From Desulfobacterales bacterium (GTDB lineage: Bacteria; Desulfobacterota; Desulfobacteria; Desulfobacterales; UBA5616), in contig JAWODC010000001.1 of assembly GCA_046483495.1 (NCBI GenBank), positions 109,161-173,160 on the forward strand: a stretch of 64,000 bases of DNA, given 5' to 3'. The translations under genes and the position numbers were made by a program. Under the pieces are notes generated by a model. It searched no databases. It was not told the origin of the DNA and saw only the letters and a program-made list of their open reading frames with translations. Positions 26,954-36,566 of the stretch are shown here, one piece after another. Within the stretch, counting starts at the first letter, position 1. Each line of letters starts with the position of its first letter.

Positions 26954-27916
26954 CTACTTCATAACACTCTCGATGGCTTCTTGAATATCTTTGGGTTGAG
27001 GCAGAACATAATCTTCGAGGAAACCGGCCGCAATCGGCATATCGGCTGCGGCTACCCGCACAATGGGTGCGTCCAGGTAGTCAAACGCATTTTCGAGGAT
27101 CTGAGCGCTGATTTCCGAAGTAACGCCGCAACGCTTGTTGTCCTCGTCGACGATCACGCACCTGCCGGTTTTCTTGACCGATTCGATTATGGTGTCGATA
27201 TCGAGAGGCTCCAGGGTTCTGGGATCCACCACTTCCACACTGATCGTGTCTTTGATTTTCTCGGCCGTTTCAAGGGCTAAGTGGACCATCCTGGAAATCG
27301 CCACCACGGTGACGTCGGTTCCTTCACGTTTGATATCCGCCTGCCCGAATGGAATCAGATATTCCTCCTCCGGTATTTCGCCGGGCAACCCGAGCAATCC
27401 CTTGTTGTAGAAAAAAATCACGGGATTGTTGTCGCGAATGGCGGTTTTCAGAAGCCCCTTGGCATCATACGGCGTGGACGGAACGGCGAGCTTAAGTCCC
27501 GGTGTATGCATGACCAGGGCTTCCGGGCACATGGAGTGTTCGGCACCGATTTTCATGCCCCCGCCCATGGCCGCCATGATCACTACCGGGACCTTTACTT
27601 TTCCGCCGTGCATGAAATGCCATTTCGCGGCTTTGAGCAGTATTTCATCTCCTGCGATATACATAAAATCGGCGAACATCATATCCGCTACCGGTCTATA
27701 TCCCGCCATTGCGGACCCGATTGCGGCTCCGGCGACCGCCGTTTCAGCCAGCGGCGTATCCATGACGCGCTCCGCGCCGAACTCCTGTACAAGTCCGCTG
27801 GTGGTTCCAAATGTCCCCTGCTGAACATTTTCCCCGATGATGAACACCGTTTCATCCCGACGCATTTCTTCACGCAGCGCCTCGTTTATCGCCATAAGGT
27901 ATATTGTCTGTTTCAT
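26954..27916 (-). CDS. ThDP-dependent 2-oxoacid/acetoin dehydrogenase E1 beta subunit (copy 1)
   Basis: DTPLAE, GYRPVADMMFADF, AEHSM, PSTPYDAKGL; start at ATG 27916. Confidence 0.93.
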   Translation of the reverse strand: MKQTIYLMAINEALREEMRRDETVFIIGENVQQGTFGTTSGLVQEFGAERVMDTPLAETAVAGAAIGSAMAGYRPVADMMFADFMYIAGDEILLKAAKWHFMHGGKVKVPVVIMAAMGGGMKIGAEHSMCPEALVMHTPGLKLAVPSTPYDAKGLLKTAIRDNNPVIFFYNKGLLGLPGEIPEEEYLIPFGQADIKREGTDVTVVAISRMVHLALETAEKIKDTISVEVVDPRTLEPLDIDTIIESVKKTGRCVIVDEDNKRCGVTSEISAQILENAFDYLDAPIVRVAAADMPIAAGFLEDYVLPQPKDIQEAIESVMK

Positions 27917-28119
27917 ATGTCGGAGACCTCCTAAGTTGGCGCCCACCCGAAAAACGGACGGCTCATCCCGTTGTTCGGCCGGACATAAGTTGTTTTACCC
28001 GGCAACCGTTGGGGGCATCGATCCCTGCAGGTGAAAATTCAATTCGCCTTGAATCGGATCGATCTGCTTCCGGTTAATCTCGTTTCGTGGACGTATGACT
28101 TTCATCGAATGGCACGCGC

Positions 28120-29097
28120 CTATTCGGCATATACCAGTTTTTTGAGAATATCGGCGTCCGGAATGGGGCTGTCAATGCAGAATTTCTCCGTCAGGTCCGC
28201 CTCTTCGGCCGCTTCTTTATCGATTTTATTCACCATCTCCTTCTTCAGCACGCCCTGTTTCAGCAGTTTAGCCTTGAACGACTCGATGGGGTCCCGTTTT
28301 TTCAATTCAGCGATCTCCTCCTCGGAACGAGCTTCGGTATGAGATACATCCGGGCTTCCTTCGGAATGGGAGCGGTAGCGCGCGGTTTTTGCCTCGATCA
28401 AGGATGGGCCGTCTCCTTTTCTGGCCCGCTCCACGGCCGCTTCAACGGCTTCATAAACGGCGATCACATCCATGCCGTCCACGACGATTCCGGGCATATT
28501 GTATCCGCCCGCCAAATCGGCGATATCCTCCTTGGGGAAGGTGTCCTTGATGGGCGTAAACTGGGCCATGCCGTTGTTGTCGCACAACCAAACGATGGGC
28601 AGTTTCCAGACGGCGGCCAGATTGAACGCCTCATGAAGGGTGCCTCGATTGGACCCGCCGTCACCAAAGCAGGCAAGCACCACCTGCTGTTTTCCAGCCT
28701 TTTTGGCGGCCAATCCCCACCCCAGAGACATGGGAAATTGTGAACCGATCGTACCCGCGGCGCCTAGAGCGCCGTATTCCGGCTCAGCAAAATGGAATCC
28801 TGAAATTCCAAAACAGGTACCGGTTGCCTTTCCCCAGTGCTCGGCCAAAAAACCTTTCCCATCCAGACCCTTGCCGATGAGATAGCCGATGCCGTGCCCC
28901 CGATGATGGCCCCAGAGGTAATCATCTTTTCGAAGCGGTGCCGTAGCCCCCACGGCCAAGGCTTCCGATCCCTGCCCGCTGTGGTAAAACGAGAGAACCT
29001 TCCCCTCCTGAAGACCCCTGATGGTCAGCTCATCGAGTTTGCGGGTCCGAACCATGTTCCGATATAACCGGATCAAATCGTCCTTTCCAAGTTTCAT
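28120..29097 (-). CDS. ThDP-dependent 2-oxoacid/acetoin dehydrogenase E1 alpha subunit (copy 1)
   Basis: HHRGH, GDGGS...DNNGMA, DGMDV, RYRSHSEG; ATG 29097 behind GGAGG. Confidence 0.93.
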   Translation of the reverse strand: MKLGKDDLIRLYRNMVRTRKLDELTIRGLQEGKVLSFYHSGQGSEALAVGATAPLRKDDYLWGHHRGHGIGYLIGKGLDGKGFLAEHWGKATGTCFGISGFHFAEPEYGALGAAGTIGSQFPMSLGWGLAAKKAGKQQVVLACFGDGGSNRGTLHEAFNLAAVWKLPIVWLCDNNGMAQFTPIKDTFPKEDIADLAGGYNMPGIVVDGMDVIAVYEAVEAAVERARKGDGPSLIEAKTARYRSHSEGSPDVSHTEARSEEEIAELKKRDPIESFKAKLLKQGVLKKEMVNKIDKEAAEEADLTEKFCIDSPIPDADILKKLVYAE

Positions 29098-29570
29098 TAC
29101 CTCGCCTCCTCTAAATGTATGAATGTTCTTATTTTCATGTTCATATAACGTACCCGTAAAACGGCACATTCACGCTTTTTTTTAATACGGCGGCAACGCC
29201 GATTCAAGGGATGACATGATTTACAACACCTTTCAATCCAATCGATCTTATTAATTTGATACATATGATTCATTCAGTGTGTAAAAAGAACCCGCACGCG
29301 GCGTTTCGAAAGTGACGGGTTTTGCAAATGTCGTTTGGGCCCTTTACGGACGGCTACGAAAATGGCAGCAGGCACCTGAAGGGGTATCGGGCGGCGCACC
29401 GAATGAAAACCCGCATCGAAAAGATATTCCGGCACAGCGACACTCCAGATGATGTATGCTGGGTTACTAGAAGTGCCGGATTAAGTCAACCAAGATAAAT
29501 TGCGCCAATCCCCTAAAATCCAAAAGCCTATAAGGAGCACCCCTTGCGGGGCGCACCCCGTCGGCATGGC

Positions 29571-30260
29571 CTACCCCCGACGGACGATCTTTAACACTGC
29601 GTCAGGCGGTCGCAAATACGTCGGACGTATTTCCGAAGCGCCAAGCGCGGTCGTGCTGCAAAATTTCATGTATCCTATCCTGCCGACCATTGACGACCGG
29701 ACGGCATGATCATGCAGCGGAGGAAATACCGCCAGGCTCCCCGTGTGCCGAACAATTTCCGGTTCGTACAGTTTTGCACCGGAGCCGATGAACAGGCAGG
29801 GTTCGTCAATGACGTCAAGGACCTTTTTGATGGGGCCCACCGTCTCATTCTCCATGCGGCACGGCCTATTATCCAGCCACCGGAAAAAACCGGAAAAAAC
29901 TTCATTTTTCCGCGCGTCCAGCATCGCACAAACAGGCCCGGAAAACCCGCCCGCCTGGTATGCGAGCACCTCGAGGGTGGAAATGCCCACCACCGGCTTG
30001 CCGACGGCGGATGCCAATCCTTTGACAGCGGCGATTCCGATACGAATCCCGGTAAAGGACCCGGGACCCTGCGTCACGGCAAACCCATCGATCGTCGACA
30101 GGTCCCATTTCACTGCTCTTAACAACGAGTCAATCGCCGGCATAATCGTTTTCGAATGGGTTTCATTCGTATCGCAGGATATCTCCGCCCGCACGGTTTC
30201 CCCTTCCGATATGCAGACATTCAACCGCTTTGTCGAGGTGTCCACCGCCAGTATTTTCAC
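29571..30260 (-). CDS. tsaB: tRNA threonylcarbamoyladenosine biosynthesis protein TsaB
   Basis: ILAVDTS, GPGSFTGIRIG, LDARKNEV, PTYLR. Confidence 0.95.
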   Translation of the reverse strand: MKILAVDTSTKRLNVCISEGETVRAEISCDTNETHSKTIMPAIDSLLRAVKWDLSTIDGFAVTQGPGSFTGIRIGIAAVKGLASAVGKPVVGISTLEVLAYQAGGFSGPVCAMLDARKNEVFSGFFRWLDNRPCRMENETVGPIKKVLDVIDEPCLFIGSGAKLYEPEIVRHTGSLAVFPPLHDHAVRSSMVGRIGYMKFCSTTALGASEIRPTYLRPPDAVLKIVRRG

Positions 30261-30265
30261 GTTGC

Positions 30266-32680
30266 CTAACCCGCCGCCACGGCAGATTTCGCCGTTTTCT
30301 TGAGTGGTGATTTGATGAGGGAAGCGTTGAGCACTTCATCCATGTTCGACACACGTATATAGGTGATCTTCCGCTTTATGATCGGAGGAATTTCATCGAG
30401 ATCCCGCTTGTTCCGCTCCGGGATGATGATCTTGCGTATTCCCGCCCGGAGTGCGCCGAGTGATTTTTCCTTGAGTCCGCCGACAGGCAGAACCCGTCCT
30501 CTCAATGAAATTTCGCCGGTCATGGCCACATTCCGATCCACCGCCTGGTTCGTCAAAGCGGATACGAGTGCCGTGGCCATCGCCACGCCGGCGGAAGGGC
30601 CGTCCTTTGGAATGGCACCGGCCGGTACATGAATGTGAATGTCAAAATTATCCAATTTCTTAGGTTTCTTACTGTTTCGCTTTATCCATGATCGGGAATA
30701 GCTGACCGCGGCACGGGCGGATTCCTGCATTACCTCACCGAGTTGACCGGTGATGATCAAATCGCCCTTGCCGTCCAGAAGGGATACCTCAACGTAAAGC
30801 ACTTCGCCGCCGGCCTGCGTCCAAGCCAGGCCTGTCGAAATCCCGACCTGGCTTGTTTCCAAATCCATCTCCGGGATATACCGCGGAACGCCCAGGTACT
30901 GGTGCAGGTTTTGTCTGGAAACCTGGAAAGGAGGCTTTTCCTTCTCGGCCAGTTTCCGCGCCGCCTTCCGGCAAATCTTTCCGATTTCCCGTTCAAGGTT
31001 TCTCAACCCGGCCTCTGATGTATATTCCGTTATAATTTGACGCATGGCGCCACGGCTGATGGATACCTGTTTCGGCTTCAATCCATTTTCCCGCACCTGA
31101 CGCGGCAAAAGATGAGTATAGGCGATCGCCTCTTTTTCCTCTTCCGTGTAGCCTGAAAGGTTGATCACTTCCATGCGGTCGAGAAGAGCCGACGGTATGG
31201 TATCCGTGTAGTTGGCAGTCAGAATGAACATCACACTGGACAGGTTGAAAGGGATGTTGAGGTAATGGTCACTGAAACTCGAATTCTGTTCCGGATCGAG
31301 AGCTTCCAGCAGGGCGGCCGATGGATCCCCTCTGAAATCGCTGCCGAGCTTGTCAATCTCATCCATCATGAATACCGGGTTATTGTATCCGCATTGTTTC
31401 AACCCCTGCAGAATCCGGCCCGGCATCGATCCGATGTAAGTTCGCCGGTGGCCTCTGATTTCACCTTCATCATGAATCCCGCCCAGTGAAATGCGTACGA
31501 ATTTTCGTTTCGTTGCCTTGGCTATGGCATGCCCCAGCGATGTCTTGCCGACACCCGGCGGACCCACAAAGCACAGAATGGGACCTTTCATTTTCGGGTT
31601 CAACTTTCGAACGCTCAAGTATTCCAGAATCCGCTCTTTTATGGCATCGAGGCCGTAATGATTTTTGTCCAACACCTCTTTGGCCTTGTTGATATCGATG
31701 ACATCCTTGGTTGATTTGCTCCAGGGAAGCTCGACGAGCCAGTCCAGGTAGCCGCGCACGACGGAAGCTTCAGCGGAATCAGGGTGCATGAGATCGAGCC
31801 GCTTCAACTGACGATGGGCTTCCTGAACGGCTTCTTCGGTCATTTTCGCACGCTTGATTTTCTTTCTGTATTCCTCGATTTCCAACAGCCGGTCATCACT
31901 CTCACCCAGTTCCTTGTGTATGGCCCGAACCTGCTCTCTTAAAAAATAGTCCCGCTGGTTTTTCGAAATTTCATCCCGCACATTCGACTGAATCCGAGCC
32001 TGCATGGATGAAAGCTCAACTTCCCGCGTCAACAGGTCGTTTACGATCTTCAGCCGCTCCACCGGATCGACAATTTCAAGCAGCTGCTGGGATTGGTCGA
32101 TTTTGATTTTCAGATTCGAGGCCACCAGGTCGGCCAGTTTGCCGGGGCTGTCGATGCTGTCCAGAATACTGCCCACTTCTCCGGTCAATTCACCGCGGTA
32201 TGCCAGAACTTTCTCCGAATTTTCACGGAGATTGCGCATCAGCGCTTCCATTTCCACGGTGATATCGTTCACGGACTGCTCTTCGAGGATTTCGACGTTT
32301 ACCCGAAAATAGGGTCTTTTCCTCACATATTTCATGATCCTCGCCTTTACGACACCCTGCACCAGGGCCTTTACCCGGCCGTCCGGCAGCTTCAGCATCC
32401 GCAACAATCTGCCGATGGTTCCTACCGTATAGATCTCGGATGACTTGGGATTCTCGATGTCCTGGTCTTTCTGGGTCGCCAGCATTAAATAGCTGTCTTT
32501 GGCCACCGCCTCCTCAACCGCCATTACGGATTTTTCGCGTCCTACAAAAAGCGGCAGGAGCATATCCGTAAAAATCACCACATCTCTCACCGGCATAAGC
32601 GGCAGCGTCGTGGGAAGCTTTTCGAGCATGTCGTTGTCTTCAATAATGCTGATCAGATCGTCTTTATCCGTTTCGGCCAT
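30266..32680 (-). CDS. lon: ATP-dependent Lon protease
   Basis: GPPGVGKTS, RGHRRTYIG, DEIDK, PKDGPSAG, GGLKEK. Confidence 0.98.
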   Translation of the reverse strand: MAETDKDDLISIIEDNDMLEKLPTTLPLMPVRDVVIFTDMLLPLFVGREKSVMAVEEAVAKDSYLMLATQKDQDIENPKSSEIYTVGTIGRLLRMLKLPDGRVKALVQGVVKARIMKYVRKRPYFRVNVEILEEQSVNDITVEMEALMRNLRENSEKVLAYRGELTGEVGSILDSIDSPGKLADLVASNLKIKIDQSQQLLEIVDPVERLKIVNDLLTREVELSSMQARIQSNVRDEISKNQRDYFLREQVRAIHKELGESDDRLLEIEEYRKKIKRAKMTEEAVQEAHRQLKRLDLMHPDSAEASVVRGYLDWLVELPWSKSTKDVIDINKAKEVLDKNHYGLDAIKERILEYLSVRKLNPKMKGPILCFVGPPGVGKTSLGHAIAKATKRKFVRISLGGIHDEGEIRGHRRTYIGSMPGRILQGLKQCGYNNPVFMMDEIDKLGSDFRGDPSAALLEALDPEQNSSFSDHYLNIPFNLSSVMFILTANYTDTIPSALLDRMEVINLSGYTEEEKEAIAYTHLLPRQVRENGLKPKQVSISRGAMRQIITEYTSEAGLRNLEREIGKICRKAARKLAEKEKPPFQVSRQNLHQYLGVPRYIPEMDLETSQVGISTGLAWTQAGGEVLYVEVSLLDGKGDLIITGQLGEVMQESARAAVSYSRSWIKRNSKKPKKLDNFDIHIHVPAGAIPKDGPSAGVAMATALVSALTNQAVDRNVAMTGEISLRGRVLPVGGLKEKSLGALRAGIRKIIIPERNKRDLDEIPPIIKRKITYIRVSNMDEVLNASLIKSPLKKTAKSAVAAG

Positions 32681-33017
32681 ATTAACTCCCTGAATGTAAC
32701 TTTATCGAAAAAGCCGTGCGGCCTTTCGTTCTCATTAATGGTTTTGATTGCTTATTGCTTTAAATGTTCAGAGCCGATCATAAGGGCAAGAATCAATGCC
32801 GGATTCCGGTCAAGAGGTTTATCTTTCGGATTTTCAGACATACTTGCGGAATTGTAATCGCTTGCAAATTTCAGGTCATTCTTATCCTTTCGACATTGCT
32901 GCAACCGGCTTTCAGGGTTCATGCCGCAGGTTTAATGTGCCGACGCTCTGACGTGCGACCGGAAACGAAAGCCGATATTAAAACCAAATAATAGAATTTA
33001 TCATCCCTTTTGGCAAC

Positions 33018-33053
33018 ATCAATGTTGATTTTTGATATCAATATTGATTTTTG
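33018..33053. promoter_or_regulatory. Tandem palindromic 17-bp repeat in the lon/pilD divergent region (putative operator)
   Basis: ATCAATGTTGATTTTTG (33018-33034) and ATCAATATTGATTTTTG (33037-33053), one mismatch. Confidence 0.45.
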
Positions 33054-33122
33054 TACAAAAACCTCATAAGTTTGCACCGGCTGATCGCCGAGTGCACATC
33101 ACACAATCCATAAAATCAGGTA

Positions 33123-33902
33123 ATGTTGATGATGACAGATCCTCTTTACATTCTTGCCGTATTCGTGTTCGGACTAATGATCGGAAGCTTCTTGAATGTC
33201 TGCATACACCGGCTTCCGGAATCGCTTTCCATCGTCTACCCGGGATCTCGATGCCTACGGTGCGGGCATTCAATCAAATTTTACGACAATATCCCCGTGC
33301 TGAGTTACCTTATCCTCAGGGGGAAATGCCGGAACTGCGCCAGCCCTATATCCATACGTTATCCCCTGGTCGAATTGATGAGCGCTCTGATCGCCGTGGC
33401 CGTTTTCCTGAAATACGGCCTTACGCTGGAAAGCCTGATATACTATATCTGGATGGCCGCTCTGCTCGTGGTCACGTTTATCGATATCGACCATCAGATC
33501 ATCCCCGATGTCATTACGCTTCCCGGTGTCGTCTTTTTCTTTTCGGCCTCATTTTTTCTTTCAGGTGTTACCTGGAAAGAATCGATACTGGGCATCCTTC
33601 TGGGGGGATGCAGTTTGTATGCCGTTGCATGGCTATACGAGCTCCTGATGAAAAAAGAAGGAATGGGTGGTGGTGACATCAAACTTTTGGCGATGATGGG
33701 AGCGGCCATCGGGTGGAAGGGAGTGCTGTTTACTATTTTTGCGTCGTCGCTGATCGGCTCCATTGTCGGCGTCATTATCATGGCGTTTTCGGAAAAAGAC
33801 CTCAAGCTCGCCATTCCGTTCGGTCCGTTTTTATCCATCGGCGGGATCTTATTTGTATTTTTCGGTCATGAATTGGCGGCATGGTACTTGAACATGCTGT
33901 AA
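33123..33902 (+). CDS. pilD: Type IV prepilin peptidase
   Basis: GSFLNVCIHRLP, SRCLRC...GKCRNC, FIDID, GMGGGDIKL, IPFGPFL. Confidence 0.95.
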   Translation: MLMMTDPLYILAVFVFGLMIGSFLNVCIHRLPESLSIVYPGSRCLRCGHSIKFYDNIPVLSYLILRGKCRNCASPISIRYPLVELMSALIAVAVFLKYGLTLESLIYYIWMAALLVVTFIDIDHQIIPDVITLPGVVFFFSASFFLSGVTWKESILGILLGGCSLYAVAWLYELLMKKEGMGGGDIKLLAMMGAAIGWKGVLFTIFASSLIGSIVGVIIMAFSEKDLKLAIPFGPFLSIGGILFVFFGHELAAWYLNML

Positions 33903-33924
33903 GCGGCGATTGACGGCAAGGCAA

Positions 33925-35067
33925 ATGGAAAAAACGTACCACACCATCGTCATCGGGGCCGGGCCGGCCGGTTTGAACGCGGCCCGTTTCTTGAAGCAAA
34001 AAACACTGGTATTGGACAAAAAATCCTCGGTCGGACATCCGGTTCAGTGCGGTGAAGGGGTATCGATTTCGGCATTGTCCCGGGAGGGCCTTGAACCGAA
34101 TGACCGATGGAAGGCTTGCTGCATACGCCGGATCAAACGGATCATGCCGAACGGAAAATATATCGGAGAGCGCCACGCGGATCCCTACGCGGTCGTTCTG
34201 CGAAGAGAGCGTTTCGAAGCGCATCTTGCCGGAATGGTTCCCTGGGAAATTCGAATGAACGCCCATGTTACGAATATCCAGCAGCGGGACGGGCTCTTTG
34301 TTGTTGAAACAGCAACAGGTGACCGCCTTTATGCCGAGCGGCTCATCGGTGCGGACGGCCCGAATTCGATCGTAGCCAAAAAGGTGTTTCAGTATCGTCC
34401 CGCGTGCGCGCCTGCCGTGAATTACGGGGTGAATTTCGCATCTTCGATCCTATCGGATGAACTGCACATGTATTTTGGAAGCCATATCGCACCCTCCGGC
34501 TACGGCTGGCTTTTTCCCACCTCGTCTCACAGCGCCAACGTGGGTTTATTGATGAAGGAAAAAGGAAACCTCGGCAACCGTTTCACTTATTTCACGGATA
34601 CCGTCATAAAACCCCTATTCGGGGATTTTCAACGGGTGAAAAACAAATCCGGGGTACTGCCGGTAAGCGGCTTCTACCAAAGCATTTCCAAGGGCGATGC
34701 GTTTCTTGCCGGCGACGCCGGTGCCTTTACGGATCCGATCTTCGAAGGCGGCATCAATATGGCCCTCTTGACCGGCCGACTGTGCGCGGAAGGCATCAAC
34801 ATGGATGATCCCGGTTACTACCAAAAATGCATCGACGACCTGCCGTTCTCCGGAAGCGATCTGGTGGACGCCCGGCGCATATTTTACGGATTTCCCGATG
34901 CGGTACTGAACGATCTCGGAGATGTCATCGACGGAAACAGCACCGCTTACCTCGAAACGGAGGCGGGCCGAAGGGCATTCTCGGCAAAGCCGAACCTGGT
35001 TTCCCGACAGGCGGAAATCGCTTCATTCGCACGCACCTGGCGGATGGCTAAACCTTATATCTGGTAG
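33925..35067 (+). CDS. Geranylgeranyl-reductase-family FAD-dependent oxidoreductase
   Basis: IGAGPAG, PVQCGEG, GADG, GYGWLFP, ANVG, AGDAGAFTDPIFEGGI. Confidence 0.85.
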   Translation: MEKTYHTIVIGAGPAGLNAARFLKQKTLVLDKKSSVGHPVQCGEGVSISALSREGLEPNDRWKACCIRRIKRIMPNGKYIGERHADPYAVVLRRERFEAHLAGMVPWEIRMNAHVTNIQQRDGLFVVETATGDRLYAERLIGADGPNSIVAKKVFQYRPACAPAVNYGVNFASSILSDELHMYFGSHIAPSGYGWLFPTSSHSANVGLLMKEKGNLGNRFTYFTDTVIKPLFGDFQRVKNKSGVLPVSGFYQSISKGDAFLAGDAGAFTDPIFEGGINMALLTGRLCAEGINMDDPGYYQKCIDDLPFSGSDLVDARRIFYGFPDAVLNDLGDVIDGNSTAYLETEAGRRAFSAKPNLVSRQAEIASFARTWRMAKPYIW

Positions 35068-35152
35068 GATTGTTTGGATCGTTCGATCGTTGGGGTCGTT
35101 TGGATCGTTCGTGTGGAATGTTTACAACGGTCTTAACGCTCTAAACGGCTTG
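35067..35152. repeat. Degenerate 9-bp tandem repeats (GGATCGTTY) followed by inverted copies (AACGSTCTW-like)
   Basis: ggattgttt ggatcgttc gatcgttg gggtcgttt ggatcgttc ... ggaatgttt, then aacggtctt aacgctcta aacggcttg, between convergent genes. Confidence 0.65.
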
Positions 35153-35806
35153 CAGGATAACCAGTGCCCGCTCCATTCCGAAGTGAGAGAAACGATACGT
35201 TTTTACGTCCATGCCGTTTGAAGACCGGTCTAAAAAATGTTGAATTTCTTCCCGTACGCACCCCCCCTTATAAGCGATCATCATCCCTCCTTCCTTCACG
35301 AATGCTCCGGCTTTGCCGTAAAATTCCCAGAGGGATGAAAACGCCCGGGAGATTACCACATCGAACCCGGCGATCCATTCGCCGGCCCTTTCCAATTCTT
35401 CCGTCCTTGCATGGCGCGCTTCGATATGCTGCAGTGAAAGCAGCCGTATAATATGCTTCAAGAAACTGACTTTTTTTCGTGAGGCATCAACGAGAACCAT
35501 GGTGAGATCGGGCCGCACGATTTTCAACACCATTCCGGGAAAACCCCCGCCGGAGCCCACATCCATGACGCGGGCACACCGGGGGATGAAAGGTGCGGCC
35601 TGCATGGAATCCAAAACATGCTTGACGGCGAAATCCACGGGATCGGTAATGGCGGTCAGGTTGATCTTTTTATTCCACAAGACCGTTTCAGCGGCATGGC
35701 GTGCAAGACCTTGGGCCGCTGCCGCATTCAAACGGATGCCCATTCGGGCCGCACCCGAAACGACACAATCGATCCATTGGTCCGAACCTACGGCAAAGGC
35801 GTCCAC
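35141..35806 (-). CDS. rsmG: 16S rRNA m7G527 methyltransferase
   Basis: WNKKINLTAI, KHVLDS, DVGSGGGFPG, SRAF, YKG. Confidence 0.95.
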   Translation of the reverse strand: MDAFAVGSDQWIDCVVSGAARMGIRLNAAAAQGLARHAAETVLWNKKINLTAITDPVDFAVKHVLDSMQAAPFIPRCARVMDVGSGGGFPGMVLKIVRPDLTMVLVDASRKKVSFLKHIIRLLSLQHIEARHARTEELERAGEWIAGFDVVISRAFSSLWEFYGKAGAFVKEGGMMIAYKGGCVREEIQHFLDRSSNGMDVKTYRFSHFGMERALVILQAV

Positions 35807-36501
35807 TAAGCATCCCTCTTTTTTGTTTTAAATGCTTGGATCACCCCGTGGCACCGGCAGGCCGTCGCCAACAGAATTCCCGTATCCAACCGCCCGACCG
35901 ATTCCAATGCATCAAACAGCGCCCCCGGTGTATATCCGCCCACACCGGGACCCAACTGCCGGCTCTGGATAACCACAGGCGTCAATTCAGGTGTTTTCAG
36001 CATCTCGATCCGGCTGTATACATCGAAGGGTCTCGGCTTTCGGGTTATCGTGCAAACATTTTCCGGAGCCGGACAGTTGTCCGGACAAATGAAATCGGCA
36101 ATGCTGACATAAAGTTCTCCGGGATTTCCATCGATGGGGTTCGGAAGTCGTGAACGAATAATCTCCGGAACGGCAACCGGAACGATATCATACACTTCGC
36201 TGAGCTTGCACCGAATCCATTGAAAGGCGACATGAACCGGAACAGCCGGTATGATCCAATCGGGTCTGTAATCCTTTGTCATTTTGGCGGCCAAAAAAGC
36301 TATGCCGTCGGTGCATACCGCGCGGATTCCACGGTTTTCCAATGTCCGGATCTTTTCCGGGTTCGTTTCAAAAACGGTGATCGAGGGCCCGGCATTTTTC
36401 CTATGGAAAGCATCTGCTGCCCTGCGGCCGAATTTTCCGCCGCCGATAATCCATACATTCGGACGTGTTGAAGGACCCTTCATTTCTAATTCCTCGAGCA
36501 T
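35806..36501 (-). CDS. Uncharacterised Rossmann-fold (TrkA-N-like) protein with Cys-rich C-terminus
   Basis: IIGGGKFG, IPAVPVH, CPDNCPAPENVC, SRQLGPGVGGY, ATACRCHG; stop overlaps the rsmG GTG; start uncertain (36483-36525). Confidence 0.7.
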   Translation of the reverse strand: MLEELEMKGPSTRPNVWIIGGGKFGRRAADAFHRKNAGPSITVFETNPEKIRTLENRGIRAVCTDGIAFLAAKMTKDYRPDWIIPAVPVHVAFQWIRCKLSEVYDIVPVAVPEIIRSRLPNPIDGNPGELYVSIADFICPDNCPAPENVCTITRKPRPFDVYSRIEMLKTPELTPVVIQSRQLGPGVGGYTPGALFDALESVGRLDTGILLATACRCHGVIQAFKTKKRDA

Positions 36502-36566
36502 TCCGTCTGTACCTCCATTCGTCACATCTGCTTGTCAAAATCGGCCGGTTCTGATATTTCTTTTCA

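Noticed and set aside
29100..29500. Sigma54 promoter for the dehydrogenase operon, as in aco operons
   Set aside because: No TGGCAC-N5-TTGC match found by eye on the minus strand; only a weak TTGACT-17-TAACCC candidate.
35067..35152. Possible CRISPR array
   Set aside because: Units are 8-9 bp without unique spacers, and no cas genes are present.
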